Below the pieces are notes generated by a model. That model saw only the letters and a list, made by a program, of their open reading frames with translations. It was not told the origin of the DNA and did no database searches. This document shows positions 23,922-37,873 of a stretch of DNA of 64,000 nt, one piece after another. The DNA is taken from positions 20,336,001-20,400,000 of the forward strand of contig CM106585.1 of assembly GCA_048013815.1 (NCBI GenBank), read 5' to 3'. The position numbers and the translations under genes are program-made. The DNA comes from Setoptus koraiensis. Lineage: Eukaryota > Animalia > Arthropoda. The stretch's first letter is position 1. Every line of letters begins with the position of its first letter.

Positions 23922-26900
23922 CTATCTAGCCTTCTCTTGAGGCAACAACACCACCACTATAGGATTGTCTTGATTACCGCGTGAAGAGGAACCACTCCTA
24001 CGATTTCCATTACTTGTTAATCTCAAAGCTGTATCGATAGCTCTAATACTTTTGCTCGATCGACTACTTCTGCTATTGCTACCGGCCTCAGAATTGGAAT
24101 CATCGCTGGGCTGGACCCTCTGACCAAAACTGTTTGATCTGGACCTGTGATGATCAGATGAGAATCTGGTAGACTTGATTTTGTCGTTTGCTTTACCAAC
24201 CGAAACTGGACTTGATGCGCCCGATTTTTCTAGAGCTTCTTTGTAGGAACTGGACACCGTCTTGACGGCCAATCTCACATTGTTGGAACTGAAATCGACC
24301 TTCTTTAGCATCATCTGATTGAACACCAATCTGACTAGGTTCATCTTTTCATCATTGTCGACTTTTTCTCCACTGGTATTCATCACTTTCATCAATTGAT
24401 TTGACATTAGATTTACAAGAGTCTTGTTTCTCATTAGTTTATCTATCAGTTCATCATTCAGCAACATGGGTTGCTGTGCACCGGATGACACTATAGCCGA
24501 TGCGTCCGGCACAAGACTAACTGCAGTGGTCGTTGAGTCCAGCGAGTCATTTATTTCGCCCGATGATGTCGTCGGAGTTGTTGTGCTGGTGAAAGCGGAA
24601 GTAGACTTGATGTCGCTCATACTGGCACCAGGATCTGCATTGGCTACTGCTGGCTGTTCGTTGGAATTAGAGTTTGGCAACTGTGATAAAATTGTCTCGG
24701 GCGTTGATATTGAATTCATGCTACCAGCATCGGGCCAGTCGTTCAATTGAGTGAACGACATACCATCGTTGCCCATCCCTGTAGTGGACATAGCTTGGCC
24801 ATCTTCACTCGTCAATATTCCCGACAATAATGTTGTCGTTGGTTCTGGTGCCGATGTTGTGGTGGTGGTGACAGGCTGCTCTGTAGTGGTGGTGGTGACA
24901 GGCTGCTCAGTAGTGGTAGTGGTGCTGGTGGTGCTAGTAGTGGTGGTTGTTGTGCTTGTTGGTCGCGATTTCCTTGTCATCTCTTGCGCTTGCTTGGCCT
25001 GTTTCTGTGAAGCTTGTTGTTGCACATTGTTGTTGCTAGCCTGTGATGTGGCCTGCGACAAAATAACTTTGGCCGAAGTTTTCTGCGTTTGTTGTCGCTG
25101 AGACAGAGCCGGTGGCGGGGGCGGTTTGCTGGTCATTGCTCGTCTGGTCATGGTTGGCGGTTTCATAGAGGTCGTAGATGAGCTGCTCAAGCTGGCCTCC
25201 TCCTCGGATGGGTTCGCATCGAATTCTGGCACGGGCGATGATGTGGACGATGACGTCGATCCACTGGTGCTCGATTGCGCAACGGGCAAAGGTGAGCTTG
25301 TGCTGGCAAAAATGTCCACCGACGATTGATCGTTGCTGGATTGAGTGGTGGTGCTGGTGGTAGTAGAGGCAGCCGTTGTTAAATCGTCGTCCAGTGGCTC
25401 CAGCGGCTCAAGTGGCAATTCCGTGGTAGTGGTGGTAGAGGTTGTTGTTGTGCTTCCTTGTTTTGTCTTTTTCTTTTTCGGCGGCACTGAACTGGCCGTA
25501 GTGGTAGTTGTGGTTGTTGAGGTGGTTGTGCTAGGCTCCTCCTCTTCTTCTTCGGCCTCTGTAGTGCTGGTGCTGGTAGAAGTGGAAGTTGTCGATGATG
25601 GCTCCTCTTTTTCCGTTGTCGAGCTACCGCTAGTTTCTGTTGTCGAGCTACCGCTTGTTTCTGTGCTAGAGCTAGGCTCGCCCTCGACCTCTAGAGTTGT
25701 GCCGCTAGACGACGAGGAGCCCTCAGTTGTGGAACTAGATGGGGTGTCGCCATCGCCGCTGCCGGTTGTTGTGGTTGTTGGCTCTGTAGTGGACGAGCTG
25801 GATGAGTCACTAGTTGAGTCGGTTGTTGTAGTGCCCTCGCTTGTTGACGACGATTCTGTTGTGGTGGTAGATGAATCGCCGTCAGGCGACACCGTTGTTG
25901 TCGTGCTAGTAGTAGTGGTGGTTGTCTTTGGCTTCTTGGTTGTTGTAGAGTTAGATTTTGAATAATCTCTTCCGTAGCCGTTGCCGTAGCCGTGACCATA
26001 GCCATAACCGTAGCCGCTTGTGTCCTTGAGATCTGGATCCATCCATTCGTCGTCGTGTGTATAGTTGCCCGTGTTATTCAAGAATATGGGCTTGTTGATG
26101 ACATGCAACAATCTCTGGCGATTCTTGGGCCTCTTGGTCGTGGTAGACGAGTTTGCTTGATGAATGGATATTCTTGGTTTCAAGAACAGTATCACCTTTG
26201 AGCGTTCGCGTTTATCGTGTGCGCCAGGCTCGTATTTTTCCACCTTGGTTGCGTAATCGTTCTTATTGTAGCCGTCGCCGTAGCCGTTACTGTAGCCATT
26301 GCCGGCACCATTACCGTATGCATTGCCGCCGTAAGACGAACTTGAGGCCGCCGAGTTTGAGCCGTATCCGGAGCTGGACGGCGCATATCCGTTGGCGGCG
26401 TATTTGGCCTGCAAATCTGGTTGCGACGAATATCCGGCACTTTTGCCAGCGACACTATGATAACTTTTGGCCGCATTATTGGAGCTGTAAGCCGGGCCGG
26501 ACGATTGATTGTCCGCGTCATATTGTGCTTGCTGCACGGGCGCATAATCTTGGTGGGTATTATGCGCCGATGGAGCGCCCACATAGTTACTTTGCTGATA
26601 TCTGCCGCTACCTGGCTGCTGATACAGGTCGTGTGCCGGTACCTGTTGCTGTTGCTGTTCATGATAATGCTTGCTAGTGAGCGGATAGTGTTGGCTTTCC
26701 GAAGGCTTAAGTGCGTACGACTTGACATTGTCCGACGACGAATAGTCAGCGTCGAATATTGGCTGCCCGTTGCCTATCTGATACCTGGTGTTGGCCAGGT
26801 GAACATTGTGCTGCCTAGCCGAGCTGTTGTCGAGCGAATTGTTGGGCAACTCCACTATGGGTCCCCAAATGGGCTGCTTGGGGCCCGGCGGGGAGGCCGG

Positions 26901-29878
26901 ATGCACGGGCAAATGCGGCCCGTTTTCCATTAACGCAGGCCTGGCGGGATCGTAGGGATGATCGTCGAAACTGGGCGCGCCCGCTTGCATTGAGTTGGGC
27001 GTCACCGAGTTACCTGTGGGCACCGGCTTAGGCTGATCCGAGTGCGAATAGAATCTGTCGTGATCCGCGTCTAGGGCACTGTCGTGATGATTTGGTCTGG
27101 GCAAATTGTTTTTGGCCTCTTTTGAGAATTGTCGCCATTGAGCCAGTGCCGGGGGTCGTCGGTCGTCAACGGGTGTCGGCGGCTGGTTTAGATGTTGCTG
27201 AGCGTGTTGTTCGTTTGCATGTATCGGCGGCATAACATCTTGGCCAACATGGTGATTATGATTTAAATTATCCACCTGATCTTGCCAGTGTTGATGGTAG
27301 TTGGGTTGATCGTGCGCATGTTGTTGTGGTTGTTGGTGTTGGTGTTGCTGTTGAACATGATTAAACGGTGGCAAATGTCCGGAAGGTGTGTGGTAAGGAT
27401 TGAATGGTGGCGCCGGCGATCCAGATTGAAATTGGTTGTTTGCGTGCGTATTATGGTGATGGTTGTAGTGCTGTTGTTGTTGTTGTTGCTGCTGGTGAGC
27501 ATCATAACTGAATTGCTGATTACTGACTTGCTGATAGCCGTTAACCGTTAGCGGGCCATAATGTTGTTGCTTTCGGTTGTTGCCATAATAGTAGTCGTCA
27601 ACAAATTGACCGTTGTCAAACAAATGCGTTGTTCCGTTGAGCGGATGCGTTGCATTGGCGCCGTTCGTGGTTGAATTGTCGAAAGCGCTTGTGGAATTGG
27701 CCAGACTTGTATCGTTTGCGCCACTAGTGCTGTTTGCTTTCGGAAAAGGCTCAGGTGGCTCAAAGATGTCCTCCTCGGGCTCTTGTTCCTCGTCGCTGGG
27801 CCTCTCCAGTGGATCACGCGATCCAGTAGTTATCTTGACTCTCGGACTGGAGTGCAGCTTAACCTTGATAGGCGCCATGTCCAGGTCGGCTGCGGAATAG
27901 GTAATTAATTAGAGATACGTAACATGTTAGAAACAACATGTGTATTTATAAATGTACAGTTTGTTTTCAGATCTGTGGCACAAACTGGCTACTGGTCGGG
28001 CGACCATTCATAGTTGCCTGGCAACTATGACTGTCAAAGCAACTGTGTAGACCAGTGGTGTGTAGTTATGTAAGAGAAATGTAACAAAGAGAACAGATTG
28101 CATCCCGCTGTCGATGCGGCTATTAATAGCGCGCTAATCGCCACTCTTTGGCAAGAAAAATGCAAATTACACACACCACCCAAGTTGATGCCTATCACGG
28201 TGCCCGGCCTTGGTGTTGCTGTTACGCAACACCAACACCCACACAAGCCACGATGACTAATGGCGCCAATCAGCACACGCAACATGATGTCTACATGCAA
28301 AATATATCCATCTTATTCGATGTGCATTATGAATCATACCACACTTGTGACTGTACTTTACTTACCGTGTATCACCGTCTTGCCTTTCTTCGGCATCTCA
28401 ATCGACATGGTGGGCTTGTAGTTCTTCTTGTAATACTTGTTGTTGCCATAACCACTGCTGCTGTTATCACCGTACGAGCCACTACCGCCGGATGTTGCGT
28501 AATCGCCACCGGAGTCGCTTGTGTCGTAATTTGAGCCACCACCGATTGTGATGCCGCGCCCGCCACCAATTGATATGGTGCGCCCGCCGCCGCTCGAATA
28601 GCCGTCACTGTGGGAACCTTGCGAGGCCAAAGTTTCGCCGGAGCCGCCCTCGGAGCCGCCACCTTTGCCTCCGATTGAGATGGCGCCCGCTTTGGTGCCA
28701 ATCGTCAAGCCCTGTCCGCCACCGAACGATATGCTGCGTCCGTTGCCGAACTGCAAACTCACGCCGCCGAATCCGCCGCCATAGCCATCGCCAGCTGCAC
28801 CGCCAGCACCCGCCGAATCGGCGCCCTTGGTTGCGTCACCGGCCTGGGGCCCGGCACCGCGAGGTCTGCCTCTGGCGCCGCCAGCCGGATGTGGCACGGC
28901 TCGGCCGTTGTTCAATGGAGCAGCGAACTGATTCTTGTTGCCGGTGTACTGTTGCTGAATGATCTGGTCAGATGATGAAAATTGCATGACATCGTTAGTG
29001 GGCGCCAGCGGATACGGTCTGACATTGGGGGCAACATTGACAGGTTGCGCGGCCAGCGGAAGAGCCACGGCTGGATATTTGACAGAATGCAAATTGGACA
29101 ACTGTTGCACGGGCGACACGGGCGCGGGTTGCAGGAAAAAGGCGCCCGGCTGAACGGGCTTGATCGGTTGAACCTGGCTGGGCGGTGTCAATTTGACCCA
29201 AGTGCTGGGATTTGGGTCTAGCACGTCATACTGTTGATTTGAGTACTGGCCGTACAATTGCTCTTGCTGTTGATGATGCAAATTGACGTGCGCATATTTT
29301 GACTTTTTCTTCTTGTTGAACGGATATTGATTTCTCAGCCAAGTGATAGGAAACTTCTTTTTGGCCTGGCCACCCCCGTACCCATACTGACCGTCGGCCG
29401 ACTGTTTTTCAGGCACCTTCTCGAGTGCTATGTCCACTGAGGCACCCGCACCGCCGAAGCCAAACCTTCTGTCGGCCTTGTGCAATCTGCTGGTGACAAC
29501 TTTTGGTAATATTAGGTGGGCTGAAACTGAACTGAAACTATTATATGCTGTTAGCCAATGTACATTGCTTATTACATTGGCTATAATTAAAATTTGGCAT
29601 GTTACCTGTAAGAATATTAAAAATAGCTTAAATGGTCTCACTATATGATTGTTGCATGATGATGATGCCTTGCTCTTCTTTTCTGCCACTTGTCTGTTGT
29701 TGTCTTGGTGTCTCGTGCAGTCTTGTAACAGTTGATATTTGTTGTTATTGTTGTTACTACAATTGTCGTAATTGACGTGTTGTTGCTTGAGGTCTTTGTG
29801 GTTGTGCTGGTGCGATGACACTTTGCGAGGCTTCATTTTTTTATTGTCGTCAAGTGACATTGTTGCCGCTGTTGTCAT
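23922..29878 (-). CDS. Large (1826 aa) low-complexity mucin/cuticle-like protein with an N-terminal hydrophobic segment
   Basis: Exons 28366..29878 and 23922..27889 join through a phase-1 GT-AG intron (CAC G|CC GAC), merging two track ORFs. Hydrophobic segment LFLIFLQVTCQILIIANVI, then Gly-rich, His/Gln-rich, Gly-Tyr-rich and Ser/Thr-rich blocks. Confidence 0.75.
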
Positions 29879-32800
29879 TGTGGCTATCTCTCTATATCAC
29901 TGTGTCTCGTGTTAATTAAACTACCGTTGTTGTTGCTAATGAATGCAAATCTAGATTTTAATCAGCTTATGATTGCCGTGTAATGTAACAACAAACATTG
30001 TCGCTGTATAGCACATGTTGGTCCGACGTCTTGCCGTGTCTCGGTCGAGGCGACGATGCAACTACAAACACTCCGTGCCCGAACAGACACATAAACTCTC
30101 TAGGCCAAAAAGTTTCACAAATGAGCAATGAGACGGCCGCGCATCGTCATCGTCATCACAATCATCATGGTCAAAATGTTAAACAGCGATGTTTCTCTAT
30201 CGAACTGTGAGACTCGCGAGAGGGGGCTCAGCTCGGCTGGCCTATTGAGCTGATATTATTTTCACTTTCTCGCCGATTTCCTCTCTCACTTGCTCTCTCT
30301 AGCTTCTCTATCCGCTTATCCTTGTGTCTTGGCAGTAGCCAGTTCCTTCTTTTCGCTAATGAACGCCACCAGTGGCGTCTCTCTATCTGGCGTTGGCAGT
30401 TGTTGCAACTTTCACTTGTTGGCGTCGTCGTGGTGATGGTTGTTGTCGTTGTCGTTGTTTCTTTTCCCGACTTAGACAAACACGACACACACACACACAC
30501 ACACGAAAGCCAGCCCACCTTCATCTTCGTAAGCGTCGTCGCATTTGCATTAGGCAAAAGAACTAGCCATGTAAAATAGCAGTGGTGGTGCTGGTATTTC
30601 TATGGATGCAATCCGGCAGCAAATGAAAGGAAAGGCCCAAAAAAGTGGCTTGAGTCCGTTTGCTGTCTCTCGACAAGTTTAAGTGAGATTAAACAACCAA
30701 AACGCTCACTGCTTGACGTAATGCTGCACCGACGCACCGACTCACCAGCCATTAGGCCGTTCGAGGCATTTTTCTCTGCTGACGCCAAGCTAGCTGGTCA
30801 GGCTGAATTATCTCATCACAGTCAGTGGAGCCAAATGAAGCAAGTGCATCTATTATTACTGCTAGTACTATTATTGAAACAACAAAACAACAACGACAGC
30901 AACAACAACAACTTGAGCCGATTGCGATATGCATCATCAGGCTAACCGGGCCCGGCCGATGGTTCAATGCAACACTCACCTGTTGGCTCACTTGTTTGCC
31001 TGTCCATCTGCTGAACAAGCCAGACACTATTTGGAGCTTTGCAAGCTGGCTGCTTACTGCTCGGCGTCGACTGCCGAAGCAATGCCAGCAACAGCGACTT
31101 GTTTATAGCAGCAGCGGCGTCGTAGCAGCGTAATTGTTGGACTTTGAGTGGTAGTTGCTCTAGGCAGAGGAGAATTTCTAACGAGACGACTAAGTTTCTA
31201 ACGAGACCACTAAGAGACGACCAAACGGAACGGAATGGAGCGGAATTGAACGAAACGGAACGAAATGAAAATGAAATGAGACAAGAAAGAGAGAGAGAGA
31301 GAGAGCGAGAGAAAGTTGTTCATCCTCATCTGCATCATCTTTTCTACAATTCAATCCATTTTATTTCAATCCAATTTGATCTGTTTGTTCGTATGTTTAT
31401 ATGCGTGCCTCTACATTTAAACTGTGTGTTGTGTATGTGTCCAGTTGCTAATATTTGATCTGTCTCAGCTTGGCTCGCCTCTTTTTGGCTTGATATGGTC
31501 AGATTTTTTCCTTTTCTCAAAAGTTCAATGAACGGTGGCAATGGCTCAATTCAATTGAATTTGGCGTATCCCACCATCGGCAGTATCCTCTATTTAGAGG
31601 AGCGATGAGAGCGTGTGTTTGTTATACTAACAACGACGAAACAACAACCGGTGACTGTAAGCAACTCGCTCTCTTTCTCTAGCTTGTGAGTGTCCATTGT
31701 TCTTGTTGGCAGTTTGAGCGGCATCAACATAATTGCATCATCATCACCCTCTCTCTTTTCTCATCATTAGTGGACTCAATCCATTATAAACATCCATATA
31801 AATATGCGGACATGGCGCAATACTGTAATATGCCAACGAAAGTAAGTCGCTCTCTCACTGCAAGTCCCTCTCATATATCAAATTTGAGAGTCGCCGGATT
31901 GACGTCATTACTCACTATTGACGCCAAGCGGACGCAATCACCGGAAAATTGCGCAATCGGGTCCCAGCTCGCCATCGGACTGTGCTCCAGTGCGTCGACG
32001 ACGCCGTTTAGTTGCAAGTGACCGGGGGCCATCCAGGCAACAAACATTCAGGGGAAGTGGCCCAAGCAAGTATCGAGCTGGCTGCTAGAGGTCCAATGAG
32101 TACGAGATGGACGAGCTTGAAAATGATTTAAGAATGATTGGTGATGCTCGATTGACAGTTGGTCATTTGTCATCATTGAGTTTATGAGCAAATATTGTGT
32201 ATTACACGTATGTACAAATGAATTCTTTAGTAGTTGTTGGAGTTTGTTGTGCTATTGGCACTTTAATAAGTTGTCGGACTAACAAGCGCAATCTATTATT
32301 TCATTAAAGTGAATTATATTCACCACTTGAAAGCTGTTGTATATGTACGCCGGGCTACAAGACAATGGCTGCTGTTTGTTTATAGTTTATAGTCAGACAC
32401 ACCATTGTTTTTAAACCTCAACGCTGAAAACCCGATGGCCGAAAACCTGATAAGGCTGATCGCGGGTGTCTGAGGCGCTAATCGACAATCAGTTAGTTAA
32501 TGGGGCGAGAAGGTAACAACACCAACAACAGCGAGCGACATTAAGCAACAACATTAAACATCTGAGATACGACATGACAATATAAACATACGGCAACAAC
32601 GGGCCGTCCACATATTAGGGACTGATCGTGTACGATTGTAATTGTGTGTCTATTTGTGTCTTCATCAGATAAACAATAAACAAGAAACAGGTGATTAGTT
32701 TGATTATAAATGGCACTTTTGCTTTTATCAATCAACATGTCCAGTGTGTTGCACGTTTATTTGATGACCCATTCATGACGCAACACACATATCCAAATAG

Positions 32801-35800
32801 CTGGTATAGAGGTATTGCTCAGTTATAGCGATGCCTCTCTCTCTCTCTCTCTCTCTCTCCCTCTGTGTCTGTGGGCTTCAATCAAATGGATGGCAGATAA
32901 ATCTAAAAGCTAGGAAGTTGTCGTGTACACTTAGGAGGACGATTGGCGCCGTAAGAGGTCTTGTATAACTTATTATATAACTTATATAAATACAGGTAAA
33001 CAAGTTGCTTGTTTCTATTCTTGTGTTTATGTATGAATGTTAAGAGTGATGGTAATGTCGACGGCAGTGCTAGTGCCAACTATGACAAGTTTTACGACAA
33101 CAAAATGTGTGTGTGTGTGTGTGTGTGTGTGTCTAACTAACTGGCACACACACACACACACACACCATTTACACAAGCAAATTGTCGGCGTGATCGAGTC
33201 GAGCGTCGTCTCTATATTTCCAAGAAACGGAACAAAAACAAAGTTAGCTAATATTTGTGAAGACACACACAGTCCGTTTATCAGCCAGGTAGTAAAGGTA
33301 GAATAAGTGAGAAAGATCATCATCATCAGCAGCAACGGCAGCAGCAGCAATGGTCTCTGTTTTGATCTAACTTCTTTCTTTCTCTTCATCGCCATGGTCA
33401 TCAGCACTGTGTATTACTATTCAGACAATGTCTAGTCCTTCCTTGTTGCACTTGTTGTTGTTGTTGCTGTTGCCGCTGCGGCTACGGCTGTAGCTGCACT
33501 GGCCATGCCATGGTAATACCGCTATTTAAATTTATCTTGCGAGCTAGTGAGCTTTTCGTGAGCTCAACATTCATACTCGTTTCTATAATCAATATAAATA
33601 GTTTGCTTCAGCAGAAGCGGCGACTGCGACGGCACCGGCAGCAGCAACAACCAAAACTTCCACCACTTTTATTAAGCTAACTAGCTAATCCAAACACCAC
33701 CGCCATACTACCTGTGATATGATGCCAATGATCGGGACAGAATATAGTGGTTAAAGATCAAGTAATAATTACAATTTGAGCTTACATGCACACAACTACA
33801 ACAACAAAGAACGTATAAAAGAGGCATCACAGAGCCTGTGTGTTGGTTCCTTTGAACATACTGGGAGCTTCAAAGTCCGAACTTCGAAGCCCAAAGTGTC
33901 CGAACACTACCTGTTCCTTGTTTCATGTTAAACACTGCCTATTGCCCATTGCCCATTGCCCACTGCGAACCTTGTCGGAGCTCTTGGTGGCGTGTCTTGG
34001 TGATCGTCATACTGCCGCCACTGTCTCCGTTAATGTTGATGGTTAAAATTTATTGCCCTGTGTACATATCTATCACTCTCGCTTTTTCTCCATGTCTGCA
34101 CTTATAACGTATACAAGAATATATAAATATATATTTTCTCATGTCTTTCTATGTGTCTTTGTGACAGCATAAAATATACGCAGCTATACGACGGCTAACC
34201 GATGCTCTCAACCAATATAACATACCATTGTGTTAGGTATAGATTTGGGCGATCATTATACTAGTTTTGGCCAACTACTTACAATAATTACTTTTGTGAT
34301 CAATGAAAGAGAAACTCAATTTTCTCGCTCTTTCGCCCTCTATTTAAGCTGCAATTTGTGAAGAAGGGCGATTGTTGTGAGCACAAATTAGAGATCGGAA
34401 GGAACCGTTTTAGTGCGGCGTCACCCATTACGCATCTACAATATAGTACGGTGGTACTGCTGGTTCATTCTCATTAAAATCATATTATCATTCGGATGAA
34501 TTTGGGGAGAAAAAAAAAATTAAAGACGCTGAGGAGGATGGAGCGACAGAGAGAAGGAAAGAGAGACCTTTTAAAGCAGTAATAATCCTTTTACCATCAT
34601 AATGATTGCCTCATTTGGTAACACAATCGGCTGCATAATACCAGACTAGGAACTTAAATAAAGTGAACAGTGCTATTTCTCCAAAAATTGTCAGCTTTCA
34701 CTGTTGGTTCGACTCTCAATGAATTCATGATAGTCATGATAGTTTAAGGCATGACTAAATTGCTCACGGCTTGGTCGGGTCTTTCATGAATTGACGTGAA
34801 AGTTTTTCCTTCATTTTTAACGCTAGAGCGCCAGTTTCCAGCAATTCGTCTATGGTGCTTTTGGCCGAACCTCATCGGCACCTGTATCCCCGTATCTTGG
34901 ACCCTGGTTATTGATCAGTACTACTTTCAACTAAACTGTTTAATATATGACACTATCTTGATATGTGTTCATGAAGGATTATCATAACAATCCGAGCACG
35001 TAACAGGACTCATAACAGTTGAAAGTTATGCAAACTTCCCCCAAAATAGCGCAGGTATTACCGCAACGTTATGTAGAAACTGGCCAGGATTTGGCACTAG
35101 AAAACCAATTCAACTCCAGATGCTCGATCTTGGTGCCTTGACATAGAAAGGCCTGAGACAAAGTGGTCGATTGTTCTGTTTCCCTTGAGTGGTCCATGTA
35201 CCATTGTCACTGAACGAAGGTCGCTCCTCACAAATAGCATATAACTTTATTTAATCTGCTGCACAAAATATTTATCAAGGCCGTCTGATTACATACTGCA
35301 CTTACATACATATCAAACTTGCTCTACGTTTTCCGGTAAAGCACGAGTCATGAGTTAGTTTAGTTGAAAGAGAATTTATATTTATGGAAAAGCAAGTACT
35401 CAGATATGCAGTTATCTGGCTGTTTATTTGTCTCCGTGCAAAGGCTTGCCTATAATTCGGCAGTGCCAGCTTGGTGACACTTCATATCTGGCACTTCGCT
35501 TGTTGTCAGATATTCAGGCATGAATGAGCAAAGTCCAAGTCTATTCGCCAACTTTACCCCCAGACAACAAAATGGTATTTCTGTTACCGTCAGCAAACTT
35601 TGCCAAAAGTAGTTTTCATGCTATGTGTTACAAGGTAGATTTTTGAGGAATTCTTCACTAATACTAGGTAGTGTGGGATGTAAGAATAGTATTAATATTT
35701 TCATTATTGTCGTGTGGTTGTCACAACTGCGGACCCAAGCATTTTCGTGAAACACTCCCATGCACTTTACTTAAACGATTTTTTGCTTTTTGTTTTGGCC

Positions 35801-36262
35801 AGACCTTACTAATTGACTTTTTGCTCACCTTGAATAATATGCACTGAGAAAGGACCTTTCTACTGGCTATTTCCTGCTGTTTTGAGCCTAGGATTCGTTG
35901 CTTATTGAAAGTGAGTTGATGCTGGACCTGCCTCACAATACTGACTCGAAACAGTTTATGTAGCATCACTGAGTGGCAAAATGGTAACAATTTTTCTTTA
36001 TTAGTGTGACCTCCCAAGTAGAGAAAGTAACTTAGTTAGAGTTAGTTGGGGAGAGAAAGAATCAGGATATAAAAGCTATTTTCGCAGTTTTATGACAATT
36101 TTCATTGAGTCAAAGATTTCCAACAAACGGTTCGATCATATCTATAATTCAGACTTCAGAAAATAGCGCTTCAATTGTGCTATAAAATGAACATCAACAC
36201 TAGCAGTGTGTCCAATTAATCATCTAATCAAGAACAAAGAACTTTTATCAGAACATTTTATA

Positions 36263-37757
36263 ATGAAGTATCAAAATAAAAAAGAACAGCAAACAGTGAG
36301 TCAACAGGTAAGTGGACTAATTTGTAATAAGTTATGCGAAAGCCTGCAAAGATAAAACTTTCAGAACATGATACAGCAGCTTGAACTTTCTGTGTCCAAT
36401 CAGACTTTCACCATCATAGTCATAACGGCACTTGTCGTGGTGCTCACTTCAAGTCAAAATGTGAAAGCCCAAGGAAATAACAACGACGGTCTGGGCGATC
36501 TTGGTAATCTCGGCAATCTTGGCAATCTAGGAGATTTAGGCAACTTTGGTGGACAAGGGTGAGTGATATTTATTCGAAATACATGATAATTCAAATTATG
36601 AATCTGCTATTGTGATCTAACTATCAACTTCTAATCGACCCTTTCTGATTGACAACCACACAAACCGAAAACAATAGTAAATATATTCTCTACACAAAAT
36701 ACTTACTTTGAAGGATTTTTTCAATGGCGATAGAAGATGTTTGAAATTAGTTTAATCAACATTCATATATAAAAACTACCTTATACGCTTATGACCACGC
36801 CAATAATTTGTCAAACTCCAAACCCAACTGATTGATTCATAAGATGATTTTTCCAATTTAGGTGGCCTGGGTGGTAACCAAGATCTAAGTCAATTTGGAG
36901 GGCCAGGAGGCCAAAGTGGAGGCCAGCAAGATCTTAGCCAATTCGGTGGCAACGGCGGCAGCAATCAGGGTGGAGGACAAGATTTCAACCAGTTTGACGG
37001 AGCTGCCAACGGCCTAGGCAATCAAGGTGGAGGGCAGCAAGATCTCAGTCAATTCGGCGGTCAAGGTGGTCAGCAAAACGATGGACAAGATTTTGGACAA
37101 GGTCAGTTTGGTGGTCAGGATGGATCTGCAGGAGGTGGACAAGACTTTGGACAAGGTGGCTTCGGTGGAGATAATCCCCTAGCTCAGCTTGGCGGTGGAA
37201 ATGGTGCCGGCGGACAGCAGAATCCACTCTCTCAATTCAATCAACAAAATGGTCGCGGCAGAGGCAACCAGTTAGGTCAGTTTGGTGGCGGAGGCGCCAA
37301 CCAGTTAGGTCAGTTAGGCCAAGGCGGTTTTGGTGGGGCAAATCCGCTTGGTCAGTTTAATGGAGGGCAAGGCGCCGGAAATCCTCTCTTGGGTCAGTTT
37401 GGCGGAGCTAGACCGAATACAGGTTTTGGACAACCCAATCAAGGCTTAAATCCATTGGGTCAATTCGGTGGTCAAGGTGGCCAAAACGGTGGCTTAAATC
37501 CTCTAGGCCTACAATTTCAATTTCCTGGTTTAGGTGGTGGCCAACAACAGAACGGAGGTGCTGGTCAGGGTGTGAATCCATTGGCACAATTGGGGGGTGG
37601 CCTTAATCCATTAGGTCAGTTGGGTGGTGGTGGCCAAGGTGGCAACCCTCTTGGTCTACAATTTCAATTCCCTGGTTTAGGTGGTGGCCAACAACAGAAT
37701 GGAGCTGGTGGGCCAGGGCTGGGTGGGCTTGGTGGTTTACCCAATCTGTTTGGTTAG
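36263..37757 (+). CDS. Secreted Gly/Gln/Asn/Phe-rich repeat protein (structural or glue-like)
   Basis: Probable exons 36263..36307, 36365..36558 and about 36862/36890..37757. Signal-like TFTIIVITALVVVLTSSQNVKA; repeats QD(L/F)xQFGG and NPL(G/A)Q(F/L)GG. The exon 2-3 phase is unresolved (see findings). Confidence 0.7.
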
Positions 37758-37873
37758 GAAGTTCCTTTTGAACAATCAGTAAATAGAGAGGCTTGTTCTC
37801 ATTCATACAATAGACACAAATGTTTAATTTATACCTATTCTTTATTACTTCACACACACACACACATGGATCG

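Noticed and set aside
24424-29648. Val/Ser-rich plus-strand ORFs over the mucin-like gene
   Set aside because: Antisense of Thr/Ser/Gln codon runs.
35721-36017. 98-aa basic minus-strand ORF
   Set aside because: No motif or splice support; could be chance.
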